DNA from: Octopus bimaculoides
Lineage: Eukaryota
Length of the DNA: 42,449 nucleotides
Assembly (NCBI RefSeq): GCF_001194135.2
Contig: NC_068985.1
Span: 6,060,394-6,102,842, forward strand
Direction: 5' to 3'
Part shown: piece after piece, positions 34,960-42,449 of the stretch
Position numbering within the stretch: the first letter of the stretch is position 1
Layout: each line of letters begins with the position of its first letter
Position numbers and translations under genes: made by a program
The notes under the pieces: generated by a model
What the model saw: the letters and a program-made list of their open reading frames with translations, nothing else
Databases searched by the model: none
What the model was told of the DNA's origin: nothing

Positions 34960-35560
34960 TTGCAGCAAGGACTGTGTAGTAAATCCCGCAGGTATTGATG
35001 GCCGTGATTATGAAAGGATTTTGTGCAAGAATTCGTTGTCTAATCCCTTTAGTGCATGTCTAGCGTATCTTTGAAATTTCCATACATGTCCATTTAGATC
35101 CATTTCGATATTCCTTGAAAAATATGGATAATCCAATATATAGGTTATCGGAAGTGTTTCTATGATCATGCTTCGTTTGATTACGGTCTGATTTCAAACG
35201 TAATGTTATAAGCGTTCGTGGACTGCAAACGAAAGTTGCCGACAAACGTTCGCAAGTTTCGTTTGTACCGGTAAATGATTTTTATAGTATATTTTCGAAT
35301 CTTTGAACCCGGATAGAAAGCAATTCCTGTCAACTGTTCAATTCCCAGTTCGCAGTAAACATGCTTTAATTTAGATGATGTAAATTGAATTCCGTTGTGA
35401 GATATAATTTTCTCGAGCAATCCTTTAAAGATAAATACATTACCGGGTATTGTGAATGTTTGATTAGAAGGCGTTGATGTCAATTCGACATATGGTGATT
35501 CCGAGAAGGAATCAATAAAATAAACCATATTTTATCGGAGAATGTTTCGGCTTATTCGAT
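34960..35560 (-). pseudogene. Ty3/Gypsy integrase remnant
   Basis: FIDSFSESPYV..TSTPS...FKGLLEKIISHNGIQFTSSKLK...ELGIEQLTGIAFYPGS approximates VDSYSKWPEV...FGLP..IVSDNGPQFTS.EF....GI.H..S..YHP.SNG. Downstream KEYRNGSKW resembles the GPY/F region. 35900-36300 may hold RT traces (weak). Confidence 0.7.
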
Positions 35561-36757
35561 AAATACTAGTTGCTTTATTCCAGATGCTTAGGGCCATTTA
35601 TTATATTCTTCGTTTTATGTATTGCCAATTCATTAACAGAGAGTTCATGAATTGATTATTGTATTTATATCGAATTGTATTGCAGTCAATATTGGAATCT
35701 CCGACTCATTTGTTTTATTCCGACCATACTTCTGTGAAAATCAAGCAGTTAAGCCACCGTTTAATTTTGGAATATTTTCAAAATTAATATTGTGGGAAAA
35801 GTTTGAGTACAAATTTAATAAATCCCCATGATAATCAATTGCATCAACATTTATCCAATATTCTCTTCAATGTTTGTCTTCAATATATTAAAATTTTTTG
35901 GTCAAACATTCTCGATGAATTGTTTAATTTGAAAATGATGGTCACGAATTCCGTGAGTGATTCAATTTCATTACAACTAACTGTCATTCCATCGAGAATT
36001 TCATTAATAATACGATGCTTTTCCAAGCTAGATAGAAATGATTGCATGATTTTTGCCATATACTATTGAGGTCCACTTTGTAATTTCCATACTGCATAAA
36101 CAGTTTCCGTTGCTCCAAAACGTTTATGTCCCAATACGCAATGTTATTCAACGTTGAAGAATGTGGTAACTAAATTAAAGCATACATTTTGCCGGAGAGG
36201 AACTGAGTTTTAAAGGCTTGTTAAATCAAATTTCATAACGACTGCATGTAATAAATAAAGCCTTTTATTGCAATCTTAGGTGAGTGAGCCAACGCCCGTG
36301 TAAAACCATTTACAACGTTGTACTAGAACACTTTCCACTCAACCGTGAAGACAGCTGCTATCAATATTACTTGGGAGCTTTAATTATAGTGCGTACTCAC
36401 AAATCAATTGTTTAGTGACCCAGAACAGCAGACCTTTGTTGCCATTCCTCTGAAGACTTGAATTCAATGTTCTTTATTGTTCACTCATATGAAAATCTAA
36501 ATATGTTAGATTCTTACTCAAAATCTAATAATACCTTAATTCCGACATAATTTGTAGCAAATTAAAAATGAGGTGACTTATATTCTTACAAGCATGTATA
36601 TATACTTACATATACATAAGTACATACGCATACATTATACACACATATGCATGCATACATACAGGCATCATATATTTTTCAAAATGTAATCACATATGAA
36701 TCGTTGGCGATTTTTCCTCTCCGTTTTCCTTTTATATTGGACTCCCCGCTGTCTCCT

Positions 36758-36792
36758 GTTTCTGAAGAAGAGATTAGCTCGAAAGGTAAAAC
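36758..36792 (+). ncRNA. Minimal type I hammerhead ribozyme candidate of the Penelope-associated form (best preserved in the window)
   Basis: GTTT-CTGAAGA-A-GAG attag CTC-GAAA-GGT-A-AAAC: 4-bp stem I, intact core, 3-bp stem II, GUA triplet. Stem III AGGT is one change from the palindrome ACGT. Confidence 0.55.
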
Positions 36793-36895
36793 CACCTTTC
36801 TTTCATTCCTTGAGCGTCTGCTATTACTTCACATATACCACGTCTTCGCGTGGTTGTTTTTTTGTTTTTTTTTTTAAAATTGTTCCTTTAAGAAA

Positions 36896-36941
<46 letters not shown>

Positions 36942-37149
36942 CACTAATAATAAATGAGTATATGTACATGTATGTGCATACCTACGTCTACCTGTATATA
37001 TAGGTGCATATCTGGGTACAGGATATTGCAAACAAAACGTAGACAATAAAATAATAATAACCAGAGTACAGAACACACACATGCCACATAGAGAACATTT
37101 TCCTTCATCAGCTACCCCCATTCTAACACAGGCGTTTCGAAGAGTAGGG

Positions 37150-37200
<51 letters not shown>

Positions 37201-37417
37201 TTGTATGTTCTGAACAGAGAGAGTCATTACAAAGATACGAATGTCTTGGTATGCTTGCGTTATACATGCGTATATAGGGTGGCAGACAAAATAAAACAAT
37301 ACGGTAAATGAAATATAATATTGCCAACATTATTTTGGGTTTATAAAGAATACATAAAAAATTGTTAAAAAAAAGTGAATTGGGAATATGAGGAGAAATT
37401 TTCTTATAAATGTTAGC

Positions 37418-37853
37418 AATAATCTTCTTTTCTACTCTAGGCACCGAAATTTTTGGGGGAGGTGTCCAGTCGATTGGATCGACCCCAGGTCGCAACTGGT
37501 ACTTAATTTATCAACCCCGAAATGATTAAGGGCAAAGTCGACCTCGGCGGAATTTGGACTCAGAACGTAACGGTAGACGAAATACCTGTTAGCATTTCGC
37601 CCGGCATGCTAACGTTTCTTATTTCTTTATTGGCCATAAGGGGCTAAACATGGGTGGGGGGAAACAAGGACAGACAAAGGGATTAAGTCGATTACATCGA
37701 CCCCAGTGCGTAACTGTTATTTAATCTATCGACCCCGAAAGGATGAAAGGCAAAGTCGACTTCGGTGGAATTTGAACTCAGAACGTAAAGACATGCGATA
37801 TACCATTAAGCATTTCGCCCAACGTGCTAACGTTTCTGCCAGCTCACCGCCTT
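37418..37853 (-). mobile_element. Family A SINE dimer with the same alternative-tail linker as 26559-26990
   Basis: Headed unit (37853-37684), linker (37683-37619), then a headless unit starting GAAACGTTAGCA. Flanked by TGTTAGCAATAAT (37411-37423) and TGTTAACAATAAT (37853-37865). Confidence 0.88.
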
Positions 37854-37877
37854 GTTAACAATAATATCAATGATAGA

Positions 37878-38089
37878 AAGGGCGGCGAGCTTGCATAATC
37901 GTTACCACATTGCTTGGTGACAATTCCCCCACCTTTACGTTCTGAGTGGAAGTTCTGTCGACGTCGAATTTGCCTTCCATCATTTCAGTGTCATAAAATA
38001 GTTACCAATTGATCACTTGGTTCAATGTAATCGATTTACCCTCTCTTCCTTTGTACTGTCTTTGGACCAATATGCGAAACCAATATTAT
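37878..38089 (+). mobile_element. Degenerate SINE, family A
   Basis: AAGGGCGGCGAGCTTGCATAATCGTTA...TTTACGTTCTGAGTGGAAGTTC...ATGTAATCGATTTA. Confidence 0.75.
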
Positions 38090-38259
38090 CAATGATTAAA
38101 ATTATCACTTAAAAGTTCTCCACCAATTTTGGCAGTGACACGTATCGTTTTTCACAGCGACCAGTCTATATATATGACTGCAAGTAAAAGGGAATGCCTT
38201 TACGGTAATTGTTTTATAGTAATTGCACCAGATATGCTAATTTTATGTAGGGTAATATT

Positions 38260-38388
38260 CTTTCCTGCGCTAGGCACAAAACCCGAAATTTTTGGGGAGC
38301 AGGCCAGTCGATTAGATCGACCCCAGTACGCAACTTGTACTTAATTTATCGACTCAGAAAGGATGAAAGGCCAAGTCAACCTCGGCGA
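38260..38388 (-). mobile_element. 5'-truncated family A SINE with a perfect 15-bp TSD
   Basis: ATGTAGGGTAATATT occurs at 38245-38259 and 38389-38403. The insert matches the 3' half of family A. Confidence 0.88.
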
Positions 38389-40121
38389 ATGTAGGGTAAT
38401 ATTAGTAGCAAATTTTAATTATAAATCTCACAAATCAATTGAATAATAATCCAGCACATCCGATCTTCGTTGCCGTTTCTCTGATTTTATATAGGATTAA
38501 GAAATTGGTCACTGTAATATTTTAGCTTTCAGCCCAAGTCTACATCTAATTAAATTGATTTCATTATGGCATATCAGTAATTAGAATACTATTCCAATTT
38601 TCATTGCGGAAACTAATATCGACTATATTCTATTCGGTGTTTTGTGGATATTAGGAAGTTCGAAAACGTTACGATAATGCCATTTCTATAACCGACGGAT
38701 GTACGCATGTGTTCCGCAGAGATATCACTTGATACTAAGCGTTGACATCTAGTGGATACGCAGTTATATCTTTAAGTATATTTTAGCTGGAGCTAATGTG
38801 AGAAATAGTGTGTGAAATATACGGGTCTTAGCTTTCTTATTTATTGTAAGAATTGAAAATATTTCCATGAATATGTCTGTGTGGACTTTACGATTTTGCA
38901 AATGTTATTCATAGAGGTTGTATATATCCATAAGTTGTGTATATGGTTATGTGTATAAGCGTATGTGTCTGAATTAATTTATATATGAGCAACAGTTTTC
39001 TCTCCGGGCATGCAACATATGTCATAGCAGTTGTTCACAATACTTGATTTATGTGCAGCCAGTAGAGTTTCTTTCTGTTTCTGTTCGGAGTCAAATATAA
39101 TTTCTTGTGAGTATTAAATTATTGTGGATATCATTGATTTGCTTTGCGACTATTTTTTACAATCATGAACACAGTTGATATTATCCCTTTGAAACGGTTC
39201 ACATGATTAATGTCGTTTCGAACACCTCCCTCGTATTGCATAGCCTCGTAATACAAGCAAAGGAATAAAGGTCTCTAATCTTGCTTTCCAATATCCTAAA
39301 ATTGCTTTTAGGAGATTTCTCGTATTACAGGCAAAGAAGCAGAAATCTGTGTGCTTTCACAACACACATTATGTATATCTAATAGCTGGTACTGCAAGTA
39401 CGCTAATGGCACCAATAGCAACCATTTCACACAGGTGAGGTTTTTAAAAAGGTTTGAAGCTTATATGGTACTGTCGTTTGCCGTTTTAAAACATACAAGT
39501 TTTTATATATAAAATACACATACATACAAACACGCGTTATTCGGAATTTCCAAAGACCTTTCTAGAGAGAAGTATTTCAATATTCACTATTTTAACCCAT
39601 TTATTTTTTTAAACAACATCTCGGCTAAATATTCTCTTGTTTGGTTTTCCATTTCTCTCGACCTAGGGACATTAAGGGCACTAGGTTGAAGTTAAGTTGC
39701 ATGATGGTACCAAACAAGCATTCAAATTGAGGAGCACGTGCCGCCTTGCCCTTCAGATCAGGAAAGAAGATACTATGCTGACTGCTCTTGGTCCATTTAT
39801 GTTGTAACAGTTTCTAATTTATGTTTTTTTATTAACGAAATCCATGGTACCATATGGACGAAATGCCGATCATATAATACCGTTAACTCTGAATGTACTT
39901 GTAAAAATACACCTGCTCGATGAGTGCACATCATGGTGATATTGCTGCCCCTAATATGAGTCTGCCCATTCATAATTATTGTTTTAATGAAGCTGTACAA
40001 TGAAGCTGTACATGTCAACAACAGGAGGTCGAAAGAAAGAGAGTTTGTCATTTTTACTGGCAAAGAGCTAAAATGGATTCAGCTGAGTTAAGAAATTTAA
40101 TGATTGGTCCTGTAGAATTTC

Positions 40122-40248
40122 AACATTGTTTATTGAGTGAAAGCACCTAAAGCTTTAGGTGCTTTCACTCAGCGCCCGGTCTGGGAATCGAAATCGCGAT
40201 CCCATGACCGCGAGTTCGCTGCCCTACCCACTGGGCCATTGCACCTCC
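40122..40248 (-). mobile_element. Family B SINE 5' part ending in a perfect 38-bp fold-back
   Basis: The head GGAGGTGCAATGGCCCAGTGGGTAGGGCAGCG is on the minus strand. Palindrome TGAGTGAAAGCACCTAAAG|CTTTAGGTGCTTTCACTCA at 40134-40171. Confidence 0.85.
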
Positions 40249-41384
40249 CCGAAATAGTAATAATAGAAATTTAAAAAAAGTAGATGTATCTCTGGTAAAA
40301 CTAAAGCAAAAATAAGCTTTGCAGAGTAACAACAGAGTTTGTTATATCTAAATTTATGAATAAAAACATTTTGTTAAAACTTTATACGCTATGATTGCCA
40401 TCTTCAAAGAATTGAATTTCATCTTCACTGATGCTGTTTTGGAAACTTAGAACATTTTTCTTTAATCTTGATATCTTGGTAATTTTGGTAAGTTTTGAAT
40501 TTTTCTCCTCACTTCATCTCACACCTACATTTTACGCTAATGTCTTTTCCGATCCGTCGACAGCATTACTAATAATAAACTTTCAAGTATTTGTCAACAA
40601 TCTCCTCTTCCATGATGTCTTAAATGAGTGGTTAAACGGTGAACAGATGGACGTCGTCATAACTTGAATAGGAATATATTCCTCCTCAGCTGGATTATTT
40701 ATATTCTGAAGACTAGATTACATTCTAACCCATTCTACATACGTCAGAAGAAACTTTGACAGGGATGGTAGCACAAATACAAGCTAAAAGCTGCTGTTAA
40801 GATCTGTGTTAATCCGCTACTGTTTGGTTTATAATTCCGTCGATTCAACTCCGTTGTTTGCATCACATAAGATACAAACGCATCCGCTGCACTTGCGTTT
40901 GTACGTTTCAGCACACCGCAGGAGATTTTGTGCATATATTTTCGTTCAAAAATTCATTCTCTCTAGATATATTCAGTTTTGCGATTGATCGCAGCTGTTT
41001 TCTTTTACAAAGAGACTTTCGTCTAAATGACATCAACGGCGGCAGTGTTTACGAATGCAACAGTTCAGTACGATCTTTTCATTCTCTCAGATTTTTGACG
41101 TTTGCCGCTTTGATGTATATAATTTAGCAGCCATATTTTTTGTTAACAATAGGCTTTGCTTCATGCCCCTATATCTTACCATATTTTCAAATCAATATAT
41201 TCGACAGGTATACCAATGAATTAATATCGCAACCCAATGATGGCTCCAATTCCTATAGATCCCTGTACAAACATTTCACATTAAAAGACCATGTCTTCCC
41301 ATACATGTCACATTTTACGCTTAGCTGAGATATCTTACGTATCTATGTCATTTTGATATAGCTTCTGATTATTATTTGATCCTT

Positions 41385-41650
41385 CGCAGTGAGTATCAGG
41401 TCTTCGTACTTAAAACCCTATGCTCTGTTTATTGAAACTGCTTCAGAACTCCATATATTTCAGTACCTGAACACAAAATTTCGTAAAATCTTCTGTTCCT
41501 ACCGTTATTTCTCAGCTCCCAAAGACTTACTTCCTTCACTTCCTTCAGCTAACCTGTTCTCTCTTCATACTATCTTCATAAACGCCTCCTCACTATCGGC
41601 TGCCTACTTCATTAACACCTCTACTACAACTCTTCTACACATTTACTAAC
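41385..41650 (-). pseudogene. Possible old RTE-clade fragment
   Basis: With frameshifts, the reverse complement reads EV..R....AFMK...ITVGT.KILRNFVF.VLKY, loosely resembling EI..RI..A..AF..M...I...K..IL...V..VL.YG.E. Confidence 0.35.
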
Positions 41651-41922
41651 AATTATTGATTATCTTAACTTATGCTTTCTGCTAAAATATGACCTGCCAA
41701 CGTCTAAATGAAGAATAATTTGTCTGTGGAGGACTTCCAGTTCTACACTAGGAGACGAAAGAACAAGGAACAAAACAAGGTTTTGCTATTCAGATTAAAA
41801 ATATAACAATGCTCCGATGAAGCATAGAAAGAAAATCATTTCATTAAGGGCACCGACATCATGTTTGAGAAACTAAATTCACCCAAATACAGAGTTTCAA
41901 ATACTTAAGAACTAATGAATCT

Positions 41923-41971
41923 TATAATAATAATAATAATATTATTATTAATAATAATAATAATAATAATG

Positions 41972-42049
<78 letters not shown>

Positions 42050-42067
42050 TTATAATAATAGTAATAA
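41923..42067. repeat. (AAT)n microsatellite
   Basis: Directly visible, immediately 5' of the R4/Dong-like ORF. Confidence 0.95.
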
Positions 42068-42449
42068 GGTAGCCACAATTGGCCTAGACACCTATCTGAA
42101 AAACTCTGAGGGCTGGATGCTAAAACTTGTCTTAAAATATGAAAGCAAGAAAGCATCTTACTCAGTAACAAAACAAGCAAAGGAATATCTAAGTGAATTC
42201 CAATTGCAACAAATTCAAGAATTAGACGAACTAGAAACACCTGCAGAAAAAGCTAAGCGCTTGAAAACCCATGCTAAAATTGCTGCCTTAGCTATTATGA
42301 CTGAAAAATGGCATGGAAAACCTCTCAATGGCAAATACCCAAAGAGAGCGAATAATGCAGATATTGACAAAGCCCTTACCGACCAATGGTTAATGGCCTC
42401 TGGCTTGAAATCAGAAACAGAGGGGTTTATCATAGCAGCCCAAGATCAA
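42066..42449 (+). mobile_element. 5'-truncated R4/Dong-like element; ORF open to the window end
   Basis: 128 uninterrupted codons: KVATIGLDTYLKNSEGWML...EKWHGKPLNGKYPKR..ADIDKALTDQWLMASGLKSETEGFIIAAQDQ, carrying the W..K.LHG.Y...WL..G.LK.ETEG.I.AAQDQ motif of RLE elements. The junction lies in a TAA tract. Confidence 0.85.

Noticed and set aside
37081-37150. Minus-strand CTTCGAAACG and CTGATGAAGG as another hammerhead
   Set aside because: The boxes are in the wrong order for one type I ribozyme and each lacks its partner half (one is cut by a TA tract). At most a remnant.
40300-41130. piggyBac-like or Cys-rich coding remnant on the minus strand
   Set aside because: Only a few scattered residues matched, across different frames, so it is not supportable.

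Overview
AT-rich eukaryotic genomic DNA with five N-gaps and no host protein-coding exon that I can identify. The window is probably intronic or intergenic. The repeat set suggests a coleoid cephalopod, most likely Octopus; this is inferred from recalled repeat families, not from a database search. The window is a mosaic of repeats: four tRNA-derived SINE families (labelled A-D here), five fragments of R4/Dong-type RLE retrotransposons all next to (TAA)n tracts, Tx1/L1 and RTE LINE fragments, two different mariner remnants, a Ty3/Gypsy integrase remnant, a MITE with a central telomeric-repeat palindrome, and many microsatellites. Nearly all ORFs in the supplied track are microsatellite or repeat read-throughs. 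Three observations stand out. (1) Minimal type I hammerhead-ribozyme-like motifs of the Penelope-associated kind occur at five loci. Three of these are head-to-head fold-backs, including a two-copy ~480-bp element with a fixed 3' end, a variable inverted arm and target-site duplications (TSDs) of 10 and 14 bp. (2) A recurrent SINE dimer has a linker resembling a Tx1 LINE 3' end and always joins the same position of another SINE head, suggesting a self-targeting SINE. (3) A (CCCTAA)n|(TTAGGG)n palindrome with an exact 22-nt telomeric G4 motif lies inside a TIR element.
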